Shown here one piece after another: positions 29,689 to 46,100 of a DNA stretch of 64,000 nt (positions are counted from its first letter, which is position 1; each line of letters opens with the position of its first letter). The notes below the pieces were generated by a model. It had not been told where the DNA came from. It saw nothing but the letters and a program-made list of their open reading frames with translations, and ran no database searches. A program made the position numbers and the translations under genes. This DNA is from the human T2T-CHM13v2.0 reference genome, Homo sapiens. Where the stretch lies: assembly GCF_009914755.1 (NCBI RefSeq), contig NC_060940.1; one strand, 5' to 3'.

Positions 29689-31234
29689 AAGATAACTTAA
29701 CTTATAAATATCAGAGACAAAATATGAATCCGGATCTATCTGACTCTAAAGTTCATGATTTTATACTCTTATCTCTGCAGAGCGAGTTCTTAGAAAATAG
29801 GCATCAAATTATGCCAATACAACTTCTATAGAAGAGTGAGTCTGCAAGCCAGTTCAGCACTCAGGAGTTTTTTTGTGCCGTAAACAGCCACGGCCCTCCT
29901 CTAAGGGCTCCAAACGGAGCACCTGGTATACCTGTATGGCTAGTCCCTAGGGCAGTCAGATCTTTTGAAATATGGACCTAATTTAAGCTTGGTCTTTTAT
30001 CAAATAACTCACCCGACAAATTCTCAGTTGGCAACCAGGAGGCATGATATGAGCTTCGGAAATTTATTATGAAGAAAACAATAGATCAGGTAATTCACTG
30101 TCTTTGGAGGTTTCATGTCAGAGGTTTTTCATCCCAAATTTTACTTTATTTTGCTCTGAATAGAAGCAGGCAATTAAAGATGTCCAGTCAAATTTGTTTT
30201 TGAGATAAAAAAGTGCTAAGGCAGTATGGGAATGTTCCAAAGCACTCCAAATGTCAAATAGGAATGGTCATAAAAAGGCAAGTTGAATGTTAAAGATAAG
30301 TTGCTGCAATTGGAATGCCATAAAATATGATAGCCTCTTTCAAAATTTTAACATTCAGACGGGATTAGAACAGCACAGAGCCCTTGAGATTTTTTCCAAC
30401 ATCCTCATCTCCAGATCTTTCAAATTGTTGAAACTAATGCACAACCCAGGGCCTGAGACCAAATTTCTCAACTCTCAGGCCAGTGAACTCATTCATTAAC
30501 TTGGAAAGTAAGAGCTAAATATTTATGATGGATGACTTCATTTCTACCCTTATGTCAAATTTCACTGACACCACTAAATATTTCAGAACACATGCTCATC
30601 AGAAAACTTCCCAGCACCACGCACAGGGAAGAGTTTAGGAAGGGTCACAATATCTAGGCATATTGTCTACATCTATGTTTTACCTAGAGTGTGTTCACTG
30701 ATGGGACAGAGTTAAGTAACATTGCATACTTGCATTGCATTTCATTTCCTTCTTGAAGATTCTCGATTCTCCTCAGCTAATTAAAAGTTCTTAGAAGTTC
30801 ACCTATAAAGAGAATATTTAGCATTCTCTAAGTCATTCACCCTAGTGATCTGGTAGTACTTTACAAACTAATCCTGTCAAAACAACTCCTGAACCCCTCC
30901 AAATTCCCAAGCCTATATCTAAATTTCTTTTTTTTTTCTGATAAAAATAAAATTCTTTGGCACCTAGAATATAACATTATTTCCTCCATCCCAGATAACA
31001 GGATGCTGCTGGGTCAAAGTGGGTGAGCTTCATAGTTTCATTCTTGCAAGAGAACTGGTCTTGTAAATGCATATGGGGTTAGGGAGAGCATTGCATTCCA
31101 AGGAGTTTCAACTGTTTTTTGAAGCGAAGAATGCAGAACTAGTGGGGGGAACTAAGAAAATGCAAATATAGGGTTAGAAGTAGAGGAATAAAGGAGTTTC
31201 TGAATATGTGCTTAGCATTCTGCATGATTGACTG

Positions 31235-31430
31235 GATCAAAGTTTCTCAGATGCCAATGTGCATCGAAATCACATGGAGGTTTTATTAACACAGAGTTTG
31301 GGGCCCCACTCCCAGGGTTTTCAACTAGAAAGGTTTGTGTGGGGCCCAGGAATATGCACTTCTAACAACTTTCCAGGTTATGCTGATGCTGCTGATTCAG
31401 GGGCCACACTTTAAGAACCGCTCTTCTAGA
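31235..31430. mobile_element. MER5A MITE
   Basis: tgcatcgaaatcacatggagg...ggccacactttaagaaccgct. Confidence 0.8.
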
Positions 31431-33190
31431 CCATTGGTTAGCCTTAAATATCTGGCATAACTACTCAGACCAGCAGTCTTCAGGTTTCTTCTTAGCATAA
31501 AATCTTTTTGTGCATGACATCATTGTTGTTGTCCGGGTGGTCTTCCGTCCTCACCCGACATCCATGGCTACACCAGGAAACCACTCCTCCCACACTGTCT
31601 TGGTGGGAAACTCAGTCAAGTTATTTCCACTCTCACCTGGACAGAGTGGATACCTGACAAAAGCCATGGAGGGGCCCAGCTATAATCTAATACCAGCAGT
31701 GAGTATGGGGGTGGGAGTAAGAAGAAGAGGTGAGGTAGAGATTTCATTGTTGCTAGAAAATGAGCACCAAAAAATAAGCTATGATAATTGGCTCCTTTTC
31801 CATGCATCTCAAGGTCCCATTTTTTTTCAGCAGCTTTCAATACAGTCTCATCACAGACATCAATATATTACTTAATTTTAAAACGCATTATTTTAAGAAT
31901 GAGCCCACTTACCCAACCCAGTCATACTTCTAAGCCAATCAGACTCCTATGCCTGGGAATTTGAATTCCTAAACAAATTCCTAACACAAAGTCCCTAAAC
32001 CACTGGAGCCCAACCCTGGCACCATGAAATTTTGGTCTATTAGTTGCTGCTACGTGGATCCAGGTGCTGTCCCCAGTCCTATCTTCCAGTATTGTCCAGC
32101 TTCCCCTTTACTTCTCTGTGTCTCCTCATTTCTCTTTACTAAGTTCCTTTTTCGCCTAAGTAAGCTAATCTGTTTCTGTGGCTTAAACCTAAGATTCTCC
32201 CAACAAAAGAAATAAGGAACTCCATATTTAACGCATAAAAATAGTATCTCTGAATAAAGAGGGGAGTGGGGACCTATGACTGAGACAACTGGAACCTGTC
32301 ACACGTGCTCTTCCTTCCCAAAGAACACCTCCAATGAGTTTCTAAATAGCCTAAAAGTTTTGGGAGACACAAATGGGAGATCTTGGCTTATAACATCTAC
32401 TTGTGTTTTGGGCTCACTTTGGCAACCAGCTAAAGATAAGGGTTTGGGTGGATCTGGTCATCTTAAAGGCCAGTGGATAAAAATATAGCCCACTTCCCTG
32501 CGAGTTTTAATTATAAATCCTTGTATTAGCTCATTCCCAAAAGGCCTTGGAAAAGTGTATTTGTGTATAACACGATCCTCCGGCACACCGGGTTGTATTA
32601 CTCATTTCATCAGCATAGATGGAATCCGATATTTGGCTCCACTATCATAACATACATCCAAGGGCTTATTTCCTCCAAAAGAAGTACAATTGGAAATAGC
32701 ATCGATTGAGCCAAAACATGTTAATTTCAGCATATATCGTTAAAGAGCAGGCATCAGCAAAGATGCAGCGTTGAGGAGGCCCACACAACAGAACCATGAG
32801 AGTCCTTACAACACAGCCCCAAATAGAAGCTGCCTCCTGGAGGTCTCAAACAAGAAAAGAAATCCACATGAATAAGCTTTGTCTTAAAAAAAGAGTTTTC
32901 CATCCTACAACTTTCTTTAAAGGATAGCTCAACTGAAAGAAGTCACTGTCTTTGGAAAACAAAGCCCCTTCACCAAATTTAGTACAATTTTACTTCTAGA
33001 GATGGATGCTTCATGATAGAGCATAAGGGCCCCAGGAAATCCAAATCCCACAAGTTGAGGGGCAAACTGTTCTATTCAGGAGACTAGACGTTCTGACTTT
33101 GAGAGTGCTAGACAAGCCTGTTCTCTGTGATCATTTTGAATAGGACCCTCCGCTCAAAGGGTGCGGGGTGGGGTCTTAGTCTGATTGCTA

Positions 33191-33596
<406 letters not shown>

Positions 33597-34732
33597 TTAC
33601 AGAGGGAGGACTCCAAAGGCCATATGAAGTCCACTTAGAGATCAGAATCTCAGAACTAGAAGGCCAGATAAGTCTATCTGAGAGATACAGCCATTAAACA
33701 GAGAAAGAGCTAGACAAGCTCATGAAGGGACTCAGATACTCAGGGGGCTTATCAGTCTTTTCTAGGAATGGGGAGCTGAGACCAACTGGAGAAGTTCAAT
33801 TATGGTTCAAAAGAAAATATTCTCTGCTGAAAAGTTCTCAGCTAGGGTCATTAATCTAAGAAGGAAAGTTAAGGCTGAAAGGAATTATTAAGCATGCATT
33901 GCATGCTTATTTCTAGATGGGAAAACCATTTCCAGCCCAGGCTGAAGACAAAAACAGAAGACGATATTTGAGTCATATTGAGAAGAAGAGTAGGAATATG
34001 GATACCCAAGAAGTTTGACACCCTAAGAAAAAAAGACACTGAACTACCCACCTTTGTCAGCATAACACCACTGCTTCTTCTGACTTTATCTTAGCCTTTG
34101 TCCACTCAATTCTCAAATAATCACTGAACATACGTATCCCGAGATGCCCCCACATTTTCCTATAAACTGCCCTTTTTGCTTAGCCTTGGTTTCTGTTGCT
34201 TACAGCCAAAAACCTTTAACAGACACAATTTCAAGATCCTAAAAATAATCCCCTAGCTTTCATTATCTCATCCTCTTCCTCGTTGCTTTAAAATGCCTAC
34301 AAACATGTGCAGCTCCATTTGAAGAAATAAAAATTCTCTAATTGCATTTTTGCACCCAGACATCTGCATGGTATTTCACAGTTCGCACAGTATTTTCATA
34401 GCTTCACTAATTGGTGATCCTTAAATACTTGTGAGGTTAAAAATAAGGAGGTTTGTTGGTGTCATTATCTCAATTTTACAGATAAAACAGAAAGTCTGTG
34501 AGATTAATTAGCTTGTTCCAGGATCTCATGGCTCACGTGCTGTGCAACCATATTTAGAGCAAGGTGTATCTGAGTTTGCTCCAAGAGTCCTAGATTCGCC
34601 ATTCTTCTTTGGAACCTCTTACTTTGGTGTCTCAAAACCTTAATTTTCCCCCCAACATTGTATATCCAGGAATCCAACTAACTGGATTCTGGCCCATGAA
34701 AGTACTTGGACTTGAGTTGTGTGTGATCTTAA

Positions 34733-35297
<565 letters not shown>

Positions 35298-35696
35298 TAA
35301 AAGAGCAAAGTGAAAGATTCTGATATTCCTGATGTGGCTTAGAGAATTCTTAATCAAATTCTCTAACCCAGATCTGTACTGGACGTACTCTCAAGACCAT
35401 CTTCCTCCTTGAGTAAGAATAAAACTTAATACCTGGAGTCACTTAGGTTTGAAGGATGAGCAAATGTCATTATAAAAATGTTATCTACAGAAGGTAATGA
35501 GTGCATGGAACCATGGTCGGCTTATCTTCATTGAATTAACACATTAACAAATTCAAAAAAGATTCTTAGAGAATGGGACATAGGATACACAAGCTTTGAT
35601 GGAAACTAGGTAAAAGAATACTGTCTGTGTTTTACTCCCTGAGAGAGAGGAGAATTCCTTACAATGGAATTCCTTACACTGGACCATTGATTAAAA

Positions 35697-35836
35697 CCCA
35701 TGTATGTCTAGTGTTCCATTACTGGAACGCTAAGCATGTGGGAGTTATTTATATCCTACTGCTCAAGGTCATCGCTGAGGTCTGATTTCTCACACGTCTG
35801 CAATTCAAAAAAATTGCAATCTCTGGCATAAATGGG
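35697..35836 (+). mobile_element. MER85 (PGBD3/piggyBac-derived MITE), full length 140 bp
   Basis: CCCATGTATGTC...GGCATAAATGGG TIRs; TTAA at 35691 and 35837; internal palindrome GTTCCATTACTGGAAC at 35713-35728. Confidence 0.9.
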
Positions 35837-37731
35837 TTAAACATATCTGACACCTAAATACTGACAGTCACTCATTATCGGTGTGGTTATGGGTGAGTTC
35901 CTGAGTTTCTTCCATTCCAAAAAGGAAATAAAAATCTTGCTTCACCTGCATCTCAAGGCTTTTGTGGGGACCTGGGAAGACAGAGTAACCACGAGGTCCC
36001 AGAAAGATTTATTGGGCACAAAGTAAGAGAAGTCAGAGATAAAGAAGAAAACAAATTTCTCATTCAAGATGGTATACTGGGGAAAACACTGGACCATTGA
36101 TATAAAAATACTGAAAGTCATTCATTATCAGTATGGTTATGGGTGAGTCCCTTAGTTTCTTCCATTGAAAAAAGGAAATAAAAATTCTGCTTCTCCTGCA
36201 TCTCAAAGCTTTTGTGGGGACCTGGTGAGCTAATGGAAGAGGGAATGCTTTGAAAAGAATTGTGATTATTTGGATGTAGAAGGCAAGATGCAGGAGGTGT
36301 CACTGGGTGACCCCCAAGTTCCTGACTTGACAAAACAGGTAGATAAGAAAAGATACCCTGGAAGAAAAACACATTTGAGAAGAGAGTTTGGTGGGAGTTG
36401 AGTATCCTGTGTTAGTGGAATACCCAAATGGAGATGTACAATAGGCAGCTGGATATTCAGAACACTTGGGCCAGGTGTTCTCCAGAACTGGTCCAATAAC
36501 CAGAAATTCCATCCTTCTCTCAGCTGGAGTTACTCTGACTGTGACAGCTGCTGCTCCAGTTACTCTATTTATTGTTACTAATCCCCCAGGGCCGCAAGAC
36601 CCTTCCACAGAACTCTCTCTCATTCCTTTCCACATAAATCAGCAGAAGAACTACACTAAGTCCCAGGTGATAAATGAACCCCTTCCCCAAAGAGTTTGGC
36701 TTAAGCCCAAATCAGCAGCTTGCCTGTCGATTTATTGTTCATTTAAATCATTCTTGCCTCTTATGACAAAATGTTAATGACAAAATATAGGTGATCCTCC
36801 AATGGAGGGAAAAGCTGTATCTTTGCAACTGGAAATTAGAAATGTATTATTAACAATGAGCATTAATTATATATTTTAATGCTCACAGGAGAGATGTGAT
36901 TGGGGGATAATTTGCAGAGAGGCATAGGGGGCTCTGAAACCTAGCGCGATCATTTTATTAGACAGATCCTATTTTCTGCAACCATGAATATTTCATTCGG
37001 AATATTTACTCCATCTTATTATTCAGCCATTCTTCCTCGGCTAAGCCCCAGATTTAGACAAGTCTTCTCTCTTTCCTGATCTTGTTCTTGAGAGACCGAC
37101 AGTTATCCAGAGATGATGTATGATTCTGAGAAAGAGTATCCTGAAAACCAAATTATAATTTGCTCTGTCCCCAGGAAAATCCGTATTAGCAATGGAGGCC
37201 CTGTGATTACTTAGGGCTGTGCACACTCTATGGGAAAAGGATATGAGGTATCTTAAGTGTTGATATCTCTTGCTCTGGAAAGTCTTCCTAATCCTAATAA
37301 TCTAATTCTCCAGTCCAAGACCAGATCCAGAGTGCATTGTCCTGCCCCATCAAAGACCCCCACTAGGTTGTCCTAATTACCTGTGACCAAGACACACATC
37401 CCTCTGCAAATGTGCCAAGCCTAGATTTCAAGAAGTATTCAGCTCATCAGAACTGAACATTTTAACAAATATTCAGATACATAAACACCCACAACCTACA
37501 CCCTTGCAAATATGATCAACTTCATGGGAGTAGATGTACTTGCCCAGCATGCAAGTAAGTTTACCCCTACTTCAATGTATTTCATTAAATGAAGTATCTT
37601 TCCACCTTTTACTGAGTATTATCTTATTCCTTCCTCACAACCTCACAGCAACATACTCTTCATTCTGTGTACTTTGGGTAGAAGTCAACTGAGCTTCAGA
37701 GAGAACATAGAAGCTTAAGAAATAAACTCTT

Positions 37732-38018
37732 AGCTGGGCACAGGGGCTCCTGCCTATAATCCCAGGACTTTGGGAGGCTGAGGCAGATGGATCACCTGAG
37801 GTCAGGAGTTCAAGACCAGCCTGGCCAATATGGTGAAACCCTGTCTCTACTAAAAATACAAAAATTAGCAGGGTGTGGTGGCACACACCTGTAATCCCAG
37901 CTACTCGGGAGGCTGAGGCTGAGGCAGGGAGAATCGCTTGAACTCGGGAGGCATAGATTGCAGTGAGCCTAGATTACGCCTTCCAGCCTGGGTGACAGAG
38001 TGAGACTCTGTCTCAAAA

Positions 38019-38057
<39 letters not shown>

Positions 38058-38058
38058 A
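37732..38058 (+). mobile_element. Alu with (TAAA)n tail
   Basis: Full dimer. Confidence 0.95.
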
Positions 38059-40974
38059 ATGAGCCCTTAAGGGCACATGCTGGTACATGCTAGAACTGAG
38101 TTTAAACTAAAGACCAATTCTGAAGTTTATGTATGTAAGATCATCCAACCCACCATTGGGTGAATTTGAGAAAGTTCAAGAAAAAAAAACAAATAAAAAA
38201 TAATGATAACCCTAATTGTAAACAACAGCAAGTGCCATTTATTTATGACATATTAAAAGCTTTGCACACATTATTTCATTTAGTTCTCCCAACAATCATA
38301 TCAAGTAGGTACAGTTATCTGCCTTATTTTATTGATGAAAAAAGAATCTCAGAAGGTTAAGCAACTTGACCAGGCACACACAGCTTCTAAGTGTGGGATC
38401 AGAAGTCACATCTCTCTGACTCCAAAGCAGGCAAATTTTCACCTTGGCATTGAAGCAGTTTTACAGACCTATGTTGACTTTTCTTTTCACCAATTGACCA
38501 GGGAACTTCTAACTACTCAGCATTAAACTTCCTAAATTATTCCATTCCTCCTCTGTCAGACTACGAGCTCAAAGCCTTAGTCCTGGAATCCAGTTTTCTG
38601 CCCCAGGCTCCCTGGGCCTATGGGTCCAGAGGAGCTACCTCTTCTCCAGTCCAAAAGAGTTCCCTGACTTCGGAGTCCAGTTCTGTCTGGGTAAAACACT
38701 CTGCTGAAGAAGGGTCCATAAGGGATTTTACTATGGCTATCTTTTTGGACATATTAAGGGGCAAGTTCTCTAATGACTCATAAAGGCCATTAACATGGGT
38801 TTTGCAGTGAGTACTAAGACCTTCCCATATGAGTATAACTGAAACCCTACACAAATAATGTAATGTTTAATTGCATGTGCAAATAAAATTGTGCAAAACT
38901 CTCTAAGAGTATAAAGTTCGAAAGACTGTATTTTATAAAGAATTTTTTAATGATATAGGAACAACCTTAGGCAAGTATGTTAAGGAAAAAACAGCAGGGT
39001 GTGAAACTGTACATAGTGTATCATCATCATTATGTAAATTATCTAAAAGCGAGAGGTGGGAGCAGGGGAAGTACTTGCAGATAAATACACAAAAGTGCTA
39101 ACAATGGTTGCTGATAGATGGTATGATGGAGACTTTTAATTTTCTTTTTTTATATACTGCGAAATTTTCCAAATTCTCCTCGGCGAAAATATTTGTCTTT
39201 GGCCTAGGGGGAAATAAACATTTATGAACAACAACATGTTAGGTTATAATATTCAAATTTACATAGAGGTCTAATATTGTAGATTTGATAGCAAACTTCG
39301 TGAAAGGAGAATAAAGCTTTCAGGTTTTGCTTCTGTATCTATTCACCCCATTAGACGACATTTTGTTGACATAATATTTTCTGTTTGTTCCTTTCCTTCA
39401 CCGCTGATGCAGTTAGAATATCTGTGTTAAACAAGCCTACCTGAGGCCAATTACAGCTCTCCTTCCAACCCTAGAAGACAGGAGAAGAGAAGCATCTCAT
39501 TTCTCTCTCACCCCATCTGATACATATATTCAGGCTGGGCGCAGATGACATCTGTCCAGACAACGGATAATATTGCAATCACTTCTGATTAGTTTCCTGT
39601 TACCACCACGCTGTTCACCTGTGTTACAGGAGTGGCTACTGGGGTGTGCTGGAAGGAGGGAAGAGTAGGCGATGAAGGCAGTTACTGTAATTTGAGAATC
39701 TGTGCTATTGTTACCAAAGCCGTTTCTTCAGAATCCAGATCCATGCATCCTCCTTTCCTCACATACAGACATTCTGCATGTGGGATATGCTAGGCAACCA
39801 GTCAAATTTCCTATGTTTCAGTGGGATGGACTGTTTGTCTTAATTTACATTGCTCCAGGACCTTAGGAGCCATCATATTGGTGAAGAATAAATAGGTCTC
39901 AGCGATTGTAACATGATGCATATAATTTGCCACTGACAGTTTTTCCCCTGAAAATAGCAATGAGGAAAAAAACCTAGTTACTTCTTTCAAGCCAGTGGTG
40001 AACTTTCTATTCGTTTTCTGAGCAACTCAGTTTTTTGAGAGTCACTCTTAATTTTGTATTAATAAAAACTTGATTTAAAAAATCAGGAAGATGTGTTATG
40101 AAGGCTGTCAATCCATTTTCTAATGATCCACATTTCCTTTTTCAAGGCCAAAGCTATAACTTTAATATTAAAATACATGTTCACTCTAGGCCTTACCAAT
40201 GTTGATTAAGCCAGGGATAAGGCAAGAAGCAGAAAAGATCGACAGTATATTTTCATTCACTCTCTCTTAAAATAATGATGCATGCAACTTCATGTCATTA
40301 CTTTTTAATGATCTTAGCCTAGTTAATAGCACAGTAATATTCCAAAAAGGAGCAGGAAATTATTTCCACATTTAATTTTCATTGCAAAAGTGAGAGGAAC
40401 TCTTGATTTTTTTTTCTGCCAGAGAAGCTGTCTGCTGCCTATGACTGCATTAGCTCTGCTACATTACAGCTGAGCTAATGGATCAAAGCCAAGTGATTAC
40501 TTTCCTAGTCTTTTGAGCATTTCCAAGTACCAACTGACTGGCTCTCAAAGACTTGGACATGGCTTTTCAATGTCGCCATGAAGTTTGCTTGATTTCCCAT
40601 CAAGGCAGGGCCTTTTGACCTTGCAACTGACCTGAGATGGGATTCATTATATGTGTCCCTTTGGATATCTTGGTTGCACAGAATAATTAGAAAAGGGGGC
40701 TCTAGGAAGTGTAATAGAATATTATACATTATGATCCTAGGCCTTTGGTATGGAGCAGTTAACATCACAGAGATGGTTCCTTATGTTGGAGCTCATGGCA
40801 GCAAGATTTAAGATATTACATTTTCTCAATTCCATAATGTTCTTCATTATAGGAAACACAATTGATATATTGTATATATCAATTCTTCTTTTTGGGGGAA
40901 AGGAGAAAAATAAAAAACAACAAACTAACTTAAATCTTGACATAAATTGTAAAATGCATCTGAGATAACATCAA

Positions 40975-42150
<1,176 letters not shown>

Positions 42151-42341
42151 ATATCTTTGAATCAAGTAAGTATGGTAGATGAAATGTTTCACCCACATCC
42201 TTCCCTGTCCCCGTTGTATGGACTTAAAGAATCCGTAATCCCTATGGTGTGCCTTCTGAAAGCTCACGATTCTTCTATCTTGTTCCATTCAAAAATCTGA
42301 AAAATCAGCATGTGAACTTGTTCCGGTTTTATAGTAGGTAG

Positions 42342-42724
<383 letters not shown>

Positions 42725-42732
42725 ATTAAGTA

Positions 42733-42872
42733 TTTTTTTTTAAGAGACAGGGTCTCACTATGTTGCCCAGGCTAGGGTACAGTGGCTATTCAGAGGCACC
42801 ATCATAGCATACTACAGTCTTGAACTCCTAGACTTAACTCATGCTCCCACCTCCGCCTCCTGAGTAGCTGGG
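42733..42872 (-). mobile_element. FAM/FLAM-like Alu monomer fragment
   Basis: gagacagggtctcactatgttgcccaggct...agtggctattc (7SL-like monomer). Confidence 0.75.
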
Positions 42873-42929
42873 GAAGTGTCTATTTAATTCCTCCAGTGCC
42901 TTATCTATTTCCTCACCTTTAAATATAGT

Positions 42930-43170
42930 AACAACCATGTTTTGTGCAACTTCTGTGTGCCAGATACTACGCTAAGTACTTTCATAAATTATTGTTATTA
43001 TTGTAAACTGTCTTGCGGTTTAGGAGTCATTACCACTGCTTTACAGATGAGAAAACTAAGGTCCAGGCAGTTTGGAAAATTTTCCTAAGGTTAGACAGCT
43101 ATTCTGTGGCAAAGTCAGCATTCAAAATCTGGTGTGTCTGATTTTGAAGCCCATGTCCTTCAACATACAA
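42930..43170. mobile_element. MIR
   Basis: ttacagatgagaaaactaagg core. Confidence 0.7.
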
Positions 43171-46100
43171 TAAAATGAGGACTTGGACTACGGTCCTTTT
43201 TGGTTCTAAAATCTCTAATTCTGGGAGAGGAGGAAAATCACTGTATTAGACACTGTTGAGAGCAATCATTAAATTTAAGGGTCTTCGTATAATTTTATGT
43301 CAATAAATAAATGAATATATACCAACCGATTTATAGCATTACCTCCAGCGACTCCTGCAGGCTGGTTAGTTTCTTGTTCCCCCAACATCCCTTGTGTTTT
43401 TAAACATAACAAAATGCAAAGAGAAAAGACAATCAGAGATCAGTCTGGAAAAGAGCACACTGCTGTCACCAGCTACCTAACATCAACTGATTGCTATAGC
43501 TCAGGGTTGAATTTGTTGTTTCCTGGAAGCCACAGTGAAGGGCAAACATCTTGTATTCTATAGCATTTGCTTTCATATACAAGATAGCATACAAATACTA
43601 CTGCAGGGGTGAACTTTTTTTCTTTCTTGGACAACTTGGTAGGAATCTACATTCTTATTCAAAAAATGTTAGTTAACAGGGAACAGTATCTTTGGCTTTC
43701 TTTTTTTAAAACAGAAATATAAGAAAGCATTCTTCAAATGGACAAACCTTCTGGGATACTCCCTAAAGGCAGCATATGCCCTTAAATAGAAACTCGGCTA
43801 AGGCCCTGCTGTGTGGCCGAGAATTAGTTTCACATGCTTGGTTTTGTGAGAATCTCATAAAATATTGATTTAGAACTTGGAGACTCAAGATAAATGACTA
43901 AGTTAACTGGTCTTTTGGTTAGATATTGGGCTGCAATTGATTCATGACTGGTTTCTCTAACATAAATTCATGGGACAGAAATTGAGTTTTGGGTTATAGT
44001 TCATACATTTCTTCCTTTGCCATTAAATGTTGTGCATGTTTTCACCTAAATGATCAATTACATTGTAACAGTAACCCCTTATTTTATACAGCATTATGTA
44101 GTTATCAAAGACCTGTAACTCTTTTGATAACTTCTGTCTCTCTCTTTCTCTCTCCAAACTCCCTCATCTCTGTAGGATAGATACTATGCCCTCCTATTTT
44201 ATTTTATAGATTAGTAAATAGAAGAAAAGAGATAATAGTCACTATTATTTCATTTTACAGACAAGAAAGTTGAAGGAAAGAAATCTGGCAAAAATTACAT
44301 ACTTGATAGTTGCGGCAGCCAGGACTGACCCTGCCTTACCTCTGTTTGAACAGCAATAGCAATAACGATAGTCATAAAACATCACAGCTTTTATGTAGCA
44401 AGATGCTTTGCATGCATACGTCAGTGATTCTCCAGTCCACTAAGAGATTGGAAGACTCCCTAGCTGAGCAGGTCCCTCTGCTGGAGGATTCAGGGAACCA
44501 AAGCCTATCCCAAATTGGCTGCCATCTTGACAATTTCTCCCCATCGCCCACTGCCATCATGGCAGCACGCACTAAACCAGAGAAGCTTCTACATGGATTG
44601 GTTAAATTCTGGGCTTCCTAAAATGTTCCAGAGGCTGCTTGCAATGGGGAAGTCACAGAGGAGTAACTGAGCCTATCATTCTTGGCCAAGTCCTGCAATT
44701 ATGGCTCACAATTATTTAGGCTCACCTCTTTCTGATATCTGCTTGGTCCTTCCTTATTTAAGATGCACAGGTGGGGTTTCCAGATGGTCTGGGGGACACT
44801 CATTCTTTATTTATCCTCTTCGTTTGCCTTATAAGTAAAGGAAACTTGAGATTATAATAAATGCTCAATAAACATTATACCCGTTCTGGGTTATCAGAAA
44901 AACAATGCTAATATGCCCCATATTAGGGTTTATGAGCTGTAGACATGTTCTCACCAAAACCAAATGAGACCTGGTTCACTGTAATGCTCCCATCCAGCAA
45001 AAGCCACCACACACACCCGAGCTCCCTAATCCAGCTTGGAGAGTCTCCCAACTGGCTACAAACTAATCAGAAAATATAATGACTTTGTACGTAATCAAAC
45101 AGTACAAGAACACTTCTTTTGTTGAATGGCACATAATTCCACAGACTTCCATGTGCTCATATATGACCGAGGGCTAAATATCTACAGGCTACCAAAGGTG
45201 TAATTAAGGATAATAGACACTGGTACTCATGAACTAAAATCACTGCATTCCTAAAGATTACTGAAGATTCTAATTCAATGTTTTTCAAAGAATGATTGGA
45301 CTATGCAGGATCCCTTATGCTCCTTCTCAAATGCAGTTTAGGAGTCTGTAGTGCTGAGAGGGTCATGCTCAAAAATATTTAAGATACCACAAATGAGCCA
45401 AACAAAAAAAAAGAACAAAATAGGATGTTGAGACTGACCATCCGAAGCTTCACCTTGCCCATTATCACATGACCTGCTTCTCTCCTCCTGAGCTCTTTAT
45501 TTTCTGATTGTTACCAACTAACCTTTCTAGTAGACAGGTAAAAATAATACCCTTCCAAAGATGTTGCAGTATAGTTCTTGGTCTCTTTACCGGAGTGTTG
45601 TTAATTACACATTAACCACATGAAGACTTGGGATGGAGGAGGGAGGAGTTCTTGCAGCCTGTGGAAGGGGAGCCTACAGCACATCAATTACCAACCTTAA
45701 GGACTGTTCATTAAGTGAGATGATTTATATAAAACAACTATCACATAATAAATGCTCAATAAACATTATACCCATTCAGTACCTCTTCCTGGGGAATATA
45801 ATCCATTTTCTACCTGCTGATTAATTAGCGAGAGTCCTGCATATCTGAGTGATGCGCCATACAGAGCATGGACAGTTGATTCATCATGAATAATGTAATG
45901 TCACAATCTGGACTATTTATATTCAGGTGAATTGTACATAATATGCCATACATGCTAAAGAGGAACATTAATATTTAGCATTCCAAGCTAAGCCAGGATG
46001 ATTAATTTGGTTTTAACTTAGTATCTTCTTTGCAGAATTTTCAATCCTCTTTCTCTTTTTAAAGGGACATTATAAGAAATATTTTCTACAACATAATTGG

